A DNA stretch of 64,000 nucleotides from Basidiobolus meristosporus CBS 931.73. Its lineage: Eukaryota > Fungi > Basidiobolomycota. The stretch's first letter is position 1. Each line of letters starts with the position of its first letter. The position numbers and the translations under genes were made by a program. Of this stretch, positions 13,001-25,723 are shown piece by piece. The DNA lies in the NCBI GenBank assembly GCA_002104905.1, contig MCFE01000070.1:62001-126000 (forward strand), in the 5' to 3' direction. The notes under the pieces are model-generated. The model was not told the origin of the DNA. It worked only from the letters and a program-made list of their open reading frames with translations, and did no database searches.

Positions 13001-14548
13001 GAGCTATTTTTTTGGAATCGAGGTCAAACTTGACAGACCTACTCAGAAAGCTGTGCTGCATCAGTCTAAGTAGATCAGGGACATTCTTAAACGCTTCAAA
13101 ATTGAAAATTGCAAATCTGCAGCTACCCCTGTGGATTATAACCTGAAATTAAGCACCTCTCAGACAGTTATAGGTGAAAACGGCTCAAATATGGATCAAA
13201 ACTTTCCCTATCAATCAATGGTTGGTAGCCTTATATACTTGATGGTGTCAACATGTCCAGATATCGCAGTGGCTGTTGGAATAGTCAGTCAGAATATGCA
13301 GAATCATGGATCAGATCAAATAGCAGCAGTTAAGCAAATTCTCAGATATTTACAAGGTACCAAAAAAAATGGTACTGGAATACTCTGGAGCAACCAATAG
13401 GCAAAAATTTGATGGTTATAGTGATTCTGGTTGGGGTAGGGATTTGATTGACTGATGCTCTACCACAGGCTATGTATTTCTTTATGCTGGTGCAGCTATT
13501 ACTTGGTATTGCAAGAAACAACCAAGAGTGGCCCTATCTACAGCTGAGGCAGAGTATATGGCTGCATGTCAAGCAACTAAGGAGGCTAAATGGCTATAAA
13601 AACTATTCAAAGACTTAGTTTTTATTTCAGATCAACCAACATGTATTTACAAGGATAATTAAAGTTGTATTTCATTAGCTAGAAATCCTACTAACTCTGC
13701 CGGAACTAAGCACATTGATATACAGCATCACTTTGTGAGGGAAGCTGTAAAAATAACTTAGTAGAGTTAGTTTACTGCCCAACTAACAAAATGGTGGCAG
13801 ATTTATTGACAAAACCACTAGCTAGGCCACAATTTGAGAATATCAGAGAGGAATTAGGATTAAGAAATTATTTAGTTGAGGGGGAGTGTTGAAATATTGG
13901 ACTATTTGGTATCATTCTGCAGCTAAAAATTTACTTAACAGTTCTGGACTAGTCTTGGTCACTGTGGGACTAATTTACAGCTCTAACCTTGCCACTTTCT
14001 CCAGATCTATGATCTTATGATTATTCCCTTATAGTCAGGATCAAATTAGCACTAATACTAACTATTATGTACTAACCCTGAAACTGTTGCAGAATGCTCC
14101 TGCATATTGAGAAACCCTGCTTACTTATTGTTACAGCTGTATTACTTCTACAAAGGTATAAATACAGAGCTTCTTTACTAATAAAAAACAGTTCAACTAT
14201 TATCACTATTTCTTGACAAGTTCCTTATATCCAAATCACTGCTTAAATTGCCACAGAAGATGAGTTGAGATTTAGTATAGGGACCATAGCAACATATTAG
14301 GATACATAGACCATAATATATCTCTAAGAAAAAAATTAAGAAAAGGCCAGCAAAATACCATCAGAGTATCAGCTGAACTCCAGGCTTCTCAAAATTGGCA
14401 ACTCTTAATATCTCTGTTCTGAGCTAATGTGCAGGCAAGCAAGCAAGCTCTTCAGGAGTAGACTAGGCAAACCAGCATCCATAACAAATTTGGTATTTAA
14501 CTGCCCATTACTTCCAACAAAAAGTGCATTTGAAATTCTGAACTCAAA

Positions 14549-14641
14549 ACACCAGCTGTGTACCAGCAGAATACCATTAGAATACCAGCAGAATACCAGC
14601 TAAAAAACATATGAATTCCAACTTTGAGATTTTTCACTGGG
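14549..14641. repeat. Short tandem/subterminal repeats (ATACCAGCAG-like) ending in a TIR-like TTTTTCACTGGG
   Basis: About 4 copies of (A)TACCAGC(AGA) at 14549-14601, plus one at ~14355. The partner end was not found in the window. Confidence 0.4.
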
Positions 14642-15202
14642 ATAGTGACATCCACCTTGGCATATATGAAGTATATATGAGAGCAAATATGATTGCTGCA
14701 AATTCCATGTGTTGTATATGATGCATCTTGGTTTGTATCAACCCTGATCAAATCACATCAGTAGCAGATTTTATGATTGAATGTAGACTTGCGAGCAAAT
14801 CATTAATAAAATTACTAAGTCATTGTTTGCAGATGCTATTTGCAACCTAATGATAGGATACATGGCAATGAATGGTGATTTAATCATAATACATGGAAAA
14901 TAAGATATATTAAACTGATTGCACTGAATTGGCTCAAATCACATCTACCCAATCACCTACCAATTCTAGTATAGCTTACTCATCTGATTGGTCTTTTCTC
15001 ATTAGTCCTGTAACTACCACTGGATTTCCTTAGACACATTACAAGAGATCTATACCAGGCACAGCAGATCAATTACCCCAATCTGCTCCAGGAGATTCCT
15101 TGTTAAGCTTATCTGCTATTACACAACTATTGCCCTACAAGGGCTAATCCCACCATCTGTGGTAAGATAAGTCCTAGAAGCTTTCATTTTCAGCTGACAG
15201 CA

Positions 15203-15715
15203 ATGGATAACCACCTTGCAGAGAGTATGAATGACTTAGAACAAGCTTGGAATACTAGGTTCAGAAGCTTCAATAGACTTCCATGTCCCAGAGCGCACAT
15301 CAATAGGTTCCATATCAAGATTACTTTGTATACATTTGCATTCAGAATTATTAGACCTTTTAGAGGACAAAGGCATCTTTATTTTGGCAAATGCAAGGCA
15401 CACTGTGTGAAGTTTGAAGCACTGTCTGTCATTGATGATGACATCATCTGGCTTAGTGGGCCATTTGCTGGAAAAAGGTATGACAATGCACCCTGGGTAT
15501 AAAATCATCCAAGATTTGGCCGAGGGAAGAAATAGATGGCTGGCATCGCTTATAAGGAGAAGATTGCCAGAGATTACAGTGTATTAAAGCTCATATAAAG
15601 CTAAGGAATGGTATGCTTAGCAGGCAGCAGAAGCTCCACAACCAGATATTTGATCATTAAGAGTGAGAGCAGAGCATACATTTCAGTATCTACAGTGATT
15701 CAGTATACAAGATGG
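15203..15715 (+). pseudogene. PIF/Harbinger-superfamily (DDE_Tnp_4-like) transposase relic
   Basis: Translation FRIIRPFRGQRHLYFGKCKAHCVKFEALSVIDDDIIWLSGPFAGKRYD matches the RP..Q..YSG.K..H..K.....G.I...SGP..G..HD pattern. Downstream LRVRAEHTFQYLQ*FSI matches R..VEH.IG.LK.F.IL. Several stops are present. Confidence 0.7.
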
Positions 15716-15757
15716 TTAATACACAAGAAAGTCACAATCAGAAGAAAACAGCGGAAT

Positions 15758-16475
15758 AGACTTGTCCCATTGGATAGTGTAACATTGATCCATGAGTGCC
15801 AAATGATGCAAAAGTGTGTCAGGGAGGCCAAGTGAACCTATACTTGGCCACAGAGTGTGAAACATGGTTATGCATTGTCATGTAAAGCAGCCCTTGTGTT
15901 TCACCCATTATGTGTGAGAAAATCCATTTTTTGACTTTTTTTTGGAATAGATGCTGTGCACAATGTACAAGAGGACAGTAGGACTGATGACAAGCATCTG
16001 GTACTCAATATTCATAGCACTCTGAGTCTAGCTCCTGCAGCTCATAGCATGACACAAAAAAGCATGGCACTATCTTGGTCCACTACCACTATCCAACACT
16101 ATATCTAAATAATAGCCCTAAAGTAAAACATACACAAAGCACTTATAGTGCATGTGGACCTATACATGGTCACTGAGTGTAAATCATAGATCTTCATCTG
16201 CATGCAAAGCATCCTCTGTGCTACACCCATTGTGCTGGAGAAAAGATATTTTTTGCCCTTTTTTTGGGATCAATGTTGTGCATGATGTGGATGAGCACAA
16301 ACAGACTGATAACATTTATCTGAAACTCAATACCAATGGCACTCTGAATCCAGCTCCTGCAGCTTGTAAAGTGCCACAAAAATACTTGGCACTATCTTAG
16401 TCCACTGGCACTCTCTTGAACTACAAGTGCTTTGAGCAGGTTTTACTCTAGGGCTAATATTTAAATTTAGTGTCA
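15758..16475. mobile_element. Family M MITE copy, rearranged (two arms in direct orientation, right end lost)
   Basis: Begins AAT|AGACTTGTCCCATTGGATAGT. Arm sequence occurs at 15758-16075 and again at ~16153-16397; the spacer (TTTTACTCTAGGGCTAATATTTAAAT) is present in both orientations. It then joins copia B sequence. Confidence 0.65.
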
Positions 16476-16479
16476 GATA

Positions 16480-19400
16480 GTTATTAGACTGAATAGGAAT
16501 AGGCCAAGCTTGATCCCTCATTGATATAGTAATTTAGGCTATTTGTTGTCCAGTTGGATCTCCTGGCATTTGATACTGGAATGATCACTTCTGCAATATT
16601 CCTGGGTACTAATTCTGACTGAACCACGGTTGTAGAGTCCTCTGAAGCAAAGAAATTTTCATTGTTTTGCTCTGATTCAATTCTGACTATTGGTGGACTT
16701 AAGATCCAACTTTTGTCATCATCTGATGTCATTTTTTGTGAAAATTTTGAATTTTCATCAAACAATCCATCCATGGACTTGACCAGCTTCTTTGATTAGA
16801 AATTCTAGAGTCTCTATTTCTTACTCTCTTTGCAGTAGCCCAAAAATATGCATTTTACACTTTTTGCCTCAAATTTTGACTGATTTCTGGACAGTTTCTT
16901 GGCATTTACTGTACACCCAAATATTCTTAGATGTTATGCACTTGGTCTGTACCCATACCATGCTTCAAATGGAATAGAGTCACAAGGTATTCTGTTATAA
17001 CTCCTATTTTTAAGGTATAAAGGAGTAGCAAATAATTCCGCCCAAAAATCATAGGATAATTTTTGATCATGGATCATAGATATTGCTTTATGAATTATTG
17101 ATCTGTCAGGATGTTCTGCTACTCCACTTTTCTGTGGGGAGTATGGTACAGCAGTGTCTTGCTTTATCCTATGAATTTTGCAGAAGCAGATGAAGAGTTT
17201 AGAGGTATATTCTCCACCATTGTCAGAGCATATTTTCTTGATTTTTTCACCAGTTTCTCTCTCCACCATGGCTTTAAGCTCTGTGAGCTTAGACAGAGCT
17301 TCTTCTTTCTCTCCATGAAGTAAACCTATGTGTATCTTGTATATTCTTCAATAAAAGTGATTAATTATTTCATCCTGCCTAAGGACAAACTTGCATAGGT
17401 CCACTCATAGCTGAGTGAATTAGATCTAATTTTTTCTCAGCTTTGATCAATCAAGAGCTCTTGAACAGTTGTCTGGCTTGTTTCCTATTTATGTAGGCTT
17501 CACAGTACTCCAAATTAGCTGTGGGATCAATTTTTACTCCAGAGACTAGCTGATCTTTGATCATTTTGCACACATAATCATAATTGATTTGCCTAAATCT
17601 CCTGTGCCAAAGCATTGGTGTTTCTTCATTCAAGTTACTTATATTGGCTTCCAGATATGATGGAATATAAGTCAACTTGTATAGATCTTGATCTTTGATA
17701 ACCAGAGCAATATTGGCACCATTTTGATCAGTAATCCTGCATCCAGAATTGTCAAAGCTGAAATTGAGTCCTTCTGCAATGGCTTTGCTTACAGATAGTA
17801 GGTACTTGCTATTTCTGATACATAGGGTTCTTCTTTAAAGATCAGAGTACAGCTTCCTTCACTACTTCTAAGGTTTACTTGGATAGTTCTGTCTCCCACT
17901 GTATCAAGTGTTCTATTGTCACCCATGAAAACCTTCTTGATTGGAATTACTTGATATTGGGTGAAAAGTTCATTTTGGTGTGGGTAAAAAGTTTATTTTG
18001 ATGTGTTAAGTGTTGAATGCTGCAGAGTCAATATACCATGTCTGAGAATCCTTCTTTGCGGTCATATTTAGCGCAGATATGAATAGTCTATCTTCAGTTG
18101 GTGCAGCATTTCTATATTCAGGCTTCTTTTGTTGATTATCTCTCTTATTGAGACACTGGACTGATGTGTGTCCTTTCCTTTTGCAGTAGTTGCAAAACAG
18201 GGTGCTGTTACCCTTGTAGGGTCTTGGGTATTTGGTCCTTGCACCCATGGTGATATTTGCATCAAATGCAACAAACACTGCACAGGACATTTTGCATACT
18301 TAAATATTGGCACTTACATATGTCACCCATTGTTTAAAAAGGATTTAGAGCTTAAACTCAACAACATGTGTAGCTCATGCGGCATTAATATCACCAATCA
18401 TGATGAAACTAAATGCCCACAATGTAAAGCAAAGCTTTTTTGTAGTTACTCTGTCACTAGAGACGGGTTAGTTTTATGCAAACCTACCTCCAAATCTTCT
18501 CAAGATACCCTCTTTGTTGCTTATCATGGCTTATTAAAGCATTTTCTTCTTCCTTCTTATTGGCACTATAGTGGGGTCACAGTCACACCCACTGACAGAT
18601 GTGCTCATTCCTATATTTTTTACTTCCTATTTTCTCTACTACACTTATTTTAGTTTTATCCCATTTGCCTTACCTGATCAGCACTATCCTGTTAGCCAGT
18701 TGACTATCACAACTGCTTACCTTATTTCATAAGTTATCCCTTGCTTTATGTAAGATTAATAGCAGTAAGTGCTTCTGTATTGGACAAGTACCCATGCCAG
18801 TACCTGTGACACATGATCAGCCAATGTCACTATCCCTACCATTTCCATACCATATATGGTATCTGTATGTTACACAGGCCTCAGAGTACTGATTCCTGAT
18901 TGGTTGCATGTGCTGTGCCTCTTAGAACCTTCCAACACCTAATTAGAACATTCTTAGGTCATTCTGATGTCATTAAGATTTCTATTGATATCTGGAACCT
19001 TCTGGAAAACCATGATTAGTAATCACTTAGCCAGTAAGAAAAGTATATAAGGGATTCTATCCCTCAACAATAAATCATTCTCCCTTTTATCAATATACCA
19101 ACTGGATGATTAGTGTGATCACTGCTACCTGCTGCTACCTGAACTTCCAACCCCAGACCACAGGACACTCCCAGGAAACCACGCTGAGAGCCAACTTACC
19201 TTGGAGGCACTACTTGTGAGAAATACTCAGAGCAAGTATCTTTTATTATATTTGAATCCTTCCCACGTGTTTTCTTGTACAGGCAAAAATACTTTTCTGT
19301 CTTTGTAACTATAGACCACAGCTGCATTCTTATCAAGTCCCTACCAGTGGAGTTTGTAGTTGTTTTGACTTTGGAAGCTTTAGCACATTGTCATCTCAAA

Positions 19401-19562
19401 GGATGCTGAACTCAGCACATACTTTTCTTCCATATATGTTACTTAAGGTCAAATCTTCATTTCTGAGCTCTAGGGTCTATACAAGGCCCTGAAGCTTGTC
19501 TGTCAGGCTATTCATGATGGTAACTATCACATCCTCATCAGTGGTTGGTATGCCCACAGACT
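16480..19562 (-). mobile_element. Decayed Ty1/copia family B fragment (gag-PR-INT), interrupted by a Cys-rich insert and a family C LTR
   Basis: Colinear with 36450-38400. Motifs CSDNGGEY, WHRRF, CNYCKRKGH and WYIDS are present with many stops. Confidence 0.85.
18567..19426 (+). mobile_element. Family C LTR, 3'-truncated
   Basis: Colinear with 30686-31545 (TATAGTGGGG.. start, AAGTATATAAGGG TATA box). Confidence 0.8.
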
Positions 19563-20540
19563 AGAGCACTTGGTTTTCAATGCAGTAAGATTGGCCAAGT
19601 CTTAAATGTTGTAGAACAGTTGCCACTGCTCTGTATCTTAGAAATAGGAGTTATAGCAGAATACTTTGCAAATGTACTCTATTTAAGACATGATATGGGT
19701 ACAGACCAAGTGTAGAACATTTAAGAGCATTTGGGTGTACAACTGATCAAATCCAGAGATCTGTTGTTTCATGATAATTCAAAAATTTCAAAAAAAGGTT
19801 CTCAGAAGATGACAAAAATCTGATCTCAAGCTCACCAACAGTCACAATTGAGTCAGTGCAAAACAATTAAGACTTTTCACTCCAGAGGACACCATCATCC
19901 TGGTTCAGCCTGAGTCAGTCCCCAGTAATATCCCAGAAGTGGCTATTCCAGTATCACAAGCCAGCAGATCCAACCAGATCAGTAATAGCCCAAATTACTA
20001 TTTCAATGAGGCTACAAGCTTTGCCTATGCATATTCAGTCCATATTGATATGCACAAGACTGTAATAATGGCCCTAAATAGCCTTCAGATAAAGTTTTGG
20101 GGATTTGTAATGATTGAGCAGTATAAGACTGTGATGGAAAATCAAATGTGGGACTTAGTCAAATCACTAATCAACCAAAAATGAATTGGGTGCTGATAAG
20201 TCTTCAGGTCAAAATACAAGGCCAATTGTGCTGTTGAAAGATACAACAAAAGACCAATGACAACAGGACACTCTTAAGCAAAAGGACTTGTCTATACTGA
20301 GATCTTTGCATCAGTAGCAAAGCTTTATTCCATTGGATTAATATTGGTCATTGCGGTTGAATATATGTTTTTATACATCAGATAGATGCAAAAAATGCAT
20401 TTTTGAATGAGGAACCTGATGAGGATGTGTACATAGACCAGCTTGATGGGCGTATCCACCAGAATAGCCCCCACTTGTTCTGCAAGCTTGAAGATCTTAA
20501 CACAGTCTGAAGTAGGCACCATATAATTAGAAATGATTTG
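19563..20540 (+). mobile_element. Decayed copia family B INT/RT fragment in opposite orientation
   Basis: Reverse-complement similarity to 36040-36990 (YGYRPSVEHLRAFGC; RT start); heavily degenerate. Confidence 0.75.
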
Positions 20541-23500
20541 GGTATTCCATACACAGCTTAAATCAATATATACAATGGCCTCCTGCCTACTAACCTCTAT
20601 ATATGCACACACCTATTGCAGTTGACATACTTCTATCACCTCTACTTACAGCTTTTTACTGTGATACTTGCAAAGTTGCCAAATACCTTGTATTACTGGT
20701 AGCATATACATCTTGCAAACATATGCTTGGTTGTTCCCACTTCTGCTATGAATACCTCCTGAATATCTACAAACAACTCACTGTGTAATGTCATGCCAAT
20801 TCTTTCAAATTTATCTGGTAACTCAAAGGGTTCATTTAACCAGAAATGTCCCAAGTATAACTTGTTCATCAGTGTACAGATGTGTTGGAGAGCAAATGCA
20901 TTGCTCTCAGTGGAAAGCTTTTGTTCCAACAGATACGCTCTATATTATGTACCTCTGGTTTGTAATTAAATCCATATTTGGTACAATGTCTTGTAGCTTG
21001 CCAACTTTGCTGCAATTGCATATTGACTTCTGTATGCTCTCCCTGCAGGAAGATGATGTTCTAAGTGTTGGTGTTTGAATAATAACAATGTGTGTGAGTT
21101 ATGGAGTAAATCCCCTGTATATTACGTGGATCTCACACATTGAACCACAATACTGTCCATTGTGCCAAGAGAAGCAGGCTATCTTGCCAATGGCTGGGAT
21201 ACCTCCAATGCAGATAATAAAATGCACTTTGATATGGTAAACATTTACTGCTATCCTGCTGGAAAGAACACAGAATTCATCCAGCAATGGATGCAGGTAG
21301 CTAATAAGGTTGGACAGTGATTCAGGCCCAGATACCAGTGAGACTACTGTCAAACTTTGGCTCTGATACTGTAAGATAGGTGCAGATTCAGGTTGATGAG
21401 AATCAGCAGCCAGCAGGAATTGCTGTTAGAGTAATTTTGCAATACAAATCCATCAAGAGCCAAGGCAAAGGCATGATCATACATACCTTCAAAGTAGCCC
21501 TTGCTTTTTAGCTGTTTATAATGTTTGCCATCAAAAATAATGGATATGCTTGTGCTTGACTAATACTGAGTGCAGTACTTTATAGCTTTGCAATATCTGT
21601 TGGACTGCAAAAGCTTCTTTAGATGGGATTTTACTGGAATATATGTGGAGTGTGAGCAATGTTTTCCCCCAATGATGGTGGATTTCTGACAAGTTGGACA
21701 CCTTTCAATGGTGGCATTTTCTGATGTGAATGCCATGCAACTGTTGACATATCTTGGTATCAGAGCAGTTTCTGGGTCATATGTTGCAAGCTACATGAAG
21801 GTTGTCCACTTTTATCATGTACATGGTAAGTTGCATCCTGGATGATACTGGCAAGAAGTTGTGGTAAATCCTCAAAGCTCTCCTTACTGATATTAATGAA
21901 CATGTGCCACTTCTCTAGCCACAACATCACATCATTCACCAGTAGATTGATTACTGGGCTTGCTTGACTCCATAAAGTATCCATTGCATTTTGTTCCACA
22001 GGTGTTGTCTCATTTCATATTGCAATTTTGCTGGGCACATGCTAGGTATTGTTGTCAGGGGAGATAGGCTCACAATTCATCACTGAGCCTGCTTCTTCAG
22101 AGCCATCACTCTGCATGCCATATTCAGAAGGCTGGGTTGAGCCTAAAGGTGTCACAAACTCACCTGACTCGGTTTGCACAAGGGAAGAAGTGCACTCAGG
22201 TGCTGTAATAGAAGTATTAGCTGACTGGGAAGATATTGCTGGTACAGTTATGATCAATAAATGGTCAAATATGACTTGTGAGGCAAATCACTGGCCTGGA
22301 TCCCTGTTATGCTTCCTATGCTGTCTGCATGCTTGATGGCTGAGAGGCATGTTACAATAGCCACACAGTCTTTTTCTTGTCTCTTACAGCATTGAATTAA
22401 AGTAGTGTTATCCATGCGGCAAACAATTTGACACATGACAATGTAATGCTATTGTATTATTGTCTTGTCCCTACTCATGTGAACTTAAGACGGTATTGTA
22501 TTTAAGACGTTTTACCTACATGAATGTAAGATTCAATGATGACCTGCCATAGTTAGAATTATAAAAAAAGCTGTGGCACAACATACATGCATATATGTAA
22601 CACCATTTCCCCTTTGGTTTGACTCACTTCCATTTATATGCTGCCAAAAAATAAAGCAAAGTTGTCTGGTTCCCAACTAGGCCCCACCACTGATAGCAGC
22701 AGAAGAAAAGTTGGACAAGAGCTTGCTTTAACATTCAGCGCAACAAGCAGGGCTACAACCATGTTGACAGTTTGCCCATTGTAGGTAATAATGTGGACTC
22801 CTCAGGCTCTCATTCAAGTAGGCAGATGAGAATCTCTGCAAGGCCACAAGCTGACCATAATACTCATACCAATGAGAATGTTGTAAATGTGGTACCTGTG
22901 ATTGAAGACCAGCAAGTGAGTGTCACAACATCACCACTACCTGTATTAGCGAGTATGTTGTTATCTCATACCAATGCACTCATGAAGCAATTAGGTGCAG
23001 TGGTAGATATTATGGATGCAACGGCCCAGAGAAATCAAGAATTAGTCCAAAAACAGGATGAGCAGCTAATATGTGTAGAGCAAGCATTATCCCAGGTTGA
23101 GGACACAGTGTCTTTGCTGCAAAGAAGGAAATGAAGTGGCCCAATGCCACAGCCAAGAATTGAGTCATTTTCCAATGAAGCAGCAGAGGAGTACTGCTCA
23201 GTCTTTAAAGTACAACCACAGTACCCAAAGATAAAGTCCCCATAGAAACCTATTACAGTATGGGAGGGAGAGGCTGTTGAAATATACCTAAACCTAAAGA
23301 TCAAAAGACACCACAGCTTTGTGAAGCTACTAAGTGCAATGATGAGAGTGGGCTATTATTCAAGAGGTAATTAGAAGTCTAGCATGGCATCATCTTAAGA
23401 CCAGCATACCATGGGACCATCAGAAGCTCAAGGCCAAGCATAATGTGCTTGCCCTGTTCCATGAGCATTATTCTGGATTCAAGCTGGCAAGCAGATTTTG

Positions 23501-24936
23501 GGCCAGCATTGGAATGCTAAGAAAGTACCTCAAGAATAGCCAAATTTATCAAAGGTAAAAGAACAAGGGTGCCATGGCTAAAAACCGGCAGCTTCCTCAA
23601 GAGCCCATCACCAGCAGAGCTGAAAGCTCCAAACAAGCAGCAAAGAATCATAAGAGAGACAGAATAGTGCAAGTAAGAGACAAGCAGGCAGAAACAGATG
23701 CATCAGTGCAGCATTTATCAATGAGAGAATATAGCTTGATACAAGTAGCATGCAGTTGCAGTAGTAGTGAAGGATTTGACAGTGATGAAAACCTGTTACT
23801 TTCTAAGGAGCCCATCACAAGCTGGGCTGGAAGTTCCAGACAAGAAGCAAAAAACATCAGGTTGCCAGGAGTGGGCCAGCAAGGGACAAGCAGGTAAAAA
23901 TGGATGCACCAGTACAACATTCATTAAGGAGAGAATAGAGTACCACAAAAGAAGCACTCAGTCAAAGTAGCAGTGAAATACTTGGCAGTGATAAAGGTGA
24001 AGGTAAAGGGAAAATGGTCCACTCAAGCTAGAGACAGGGAAGTGTCAGAAAAACACTGCGGTTCTCATCAACTTATGCTGTGAGCCCAGTACCAGCTGAA
24101 TCCCATCATAGCCAAGAAGAATTACCAATAACACATCAGCTGGTTTTTCAAAAGTTGGAAGCGCAGCCAGTGAACCTATACTCCAGTGAGGTAGATGAGT
24201 TAGCAGAGAAAAGCAATTTGTCTACCACTGCCTCCATGCCCTCCATTGTAAACAGAGTGGAGATCCCACTGACAGACAAAGCAACAATGCCTAGAACTCA
24301 AAAGACTATTGCAATGCCTACAGTGGAATTTGGAACATTAATAGGTAGACCAAGAGGTTGCAGCACTTTTCATGAGCAGTGCTCAGGAAATTGCACTTGA
24401 ATATTGCAAGGATTTATTGCAAAGATTGGGATATGAGGTGCTATACTGTGCAGTGCTGACAGAGGACCAGAAAATATGTAAACCAGTGAATTAACAGTGG
24501 CATAAAGCTGCAGGGTTCTCACTAAAGTCATGGAAAAAGGGTGTTGTGGTGGTGTATAAGTCCAAGGGAGCAATATGTCTAACACTTCTCAGGTGTTTTG
24601 TGAGTTGGATGTTTACTGGGTGTGATAACCTCTGGCAAAAGCTTGCTAAGAATAGTTGGGTTTTGTCTCTACTCTAATGTGAGGGGAATAAAGCCACAAG
24701 CCAGTTAAGGGAAAACTATTGAGCTACAATCTCTAACTTAGTTGGTGTCTTATCAAAAGTGAAATCTGGGTTCAGCATCCTTTGAGATGACAATGTGCTA
24801 AAGCTTCCAAAGTCAAAACAACTACATACTCCACCAGTAGGGACTTGATTGGAATGCAGCAGTGGTAAATAGTTACAAAGAAAGAAAAGCATCTCTTGCA
24901 GTGCAACAACAAGCTTGGGAAAGAATCACATATAAT

Positions 24937-25331
24937 AGACTTGTTCCATTGGATGGTACTATTTAGCATTATAAGTGCTTTGTATAGATCTTACTTTAGG
25001 GCTAATAACTAAATATAGTGCCATGCATTTTTGTGACATGTAACAAGCCACAGGAGCTAGATTCAGAGTGCCATGGGTATTGAGTACCAGATGCATGTCT
25101 TCAGTTCTTCTGTGCTCCTACACATCCTGCACAATATTGATCCACAAAATAATGTCAAAAAATGGATTTTCCCCTGCATCATAGGTGAAACACTGGGGCT
25201 GCTTTGCATGAAGATGCAGAGCTATGTTTCACACTCTGTGGCAGAGTATAGGTTCACTTGGCCTCTCTGGCACACTATGGCATCATTTGGCACTCATGGC
25301 TCAATGTGGCACTATCCAATAGAACAAGTCT
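24937..25331. mobile_element. Family M MITE, 395-bp internally deleted copy
   Basis: TIRs AGACTTGTTCCATTGGAT / ATCCAATAGAACAAGTCT, with AAT on both sides (24934-24936, 25332-25334). The empty site TATAATAAAAGA is seen in the other C LTRs (reverse complement at ~31360 and ~19240). Confidence 0.85.
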
Positions 25332-25376
25332 AATAAAAGATGCCTACTCTGAGTGTTCCTTACAAGGAGTGCCTCC

Positions 25377-25723
25377 TGTTGTAAGAGTCTTGGAGATATT
25401 GGAAGTGATTGGGACACAAGTAGATTATGTGGTTTTCACTTAATGATTTATTGAATGTAAAAGTAGTATTTATTCTTTTACATGGTCTTGGCATAGAAAA
25501 CACATAGAATAGGTCAAGGAAGGTCCCAAGAAAATGTGTGAAAAGTTTGGGGCTGTTTGGACAGCTCTGAGAATTTTCATGCTTTGGGTACCTGGTATTC
25601 TGGTAAAAATATTTAAGTAAGTCCCAACAAGGAATTTGGTCAGTATTCTCTAGGATTTGAAGGTAATGATCTAAGTGACTAAGTTAGGTGAATATTTAGG
25701 TGGAATTACAAATTCTTACAGCA
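25377..25723 (-). mobile_element. Copia family B solo LTR
   Basis: Matches 34506-34854; flanked by CCTCC / CCTCA (near-perfect 5-bp TSD). Confidence 0.88.

Larger units (their letters stand above)
1925..14255 (+). mobile_element. Ty1/copia LTR retrotransposon family A, outer copy A1 (decayed; interrupted by A2 and A3)
   Basis: 5' LTR 1925-2292 (TGCTGAAATA..TTGTAACA), PBS GGTTATGAGCCC 2293-2304, gag start 2329, pol remnants 10709-13886 (PR DSGASQH, integrase, RT, RNaseH with many stops), PPT, and 3' LTR 13887-14255. The TSD GAAGA is present at 1920-1924 and 14256-14260. Confidence 0.93.

Noticed and set aside
338-25331. Recurrent ~300-bp module considered as a CRISPR-like or protein-repeat array
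   Set aside because: Copies are dispersed, bounded by TIRs and TSDs, and have no unique spacers of regular length. ORFs 621-1001, 16152-16400 and 25073-25333 are incidental translations of the MITE arm.
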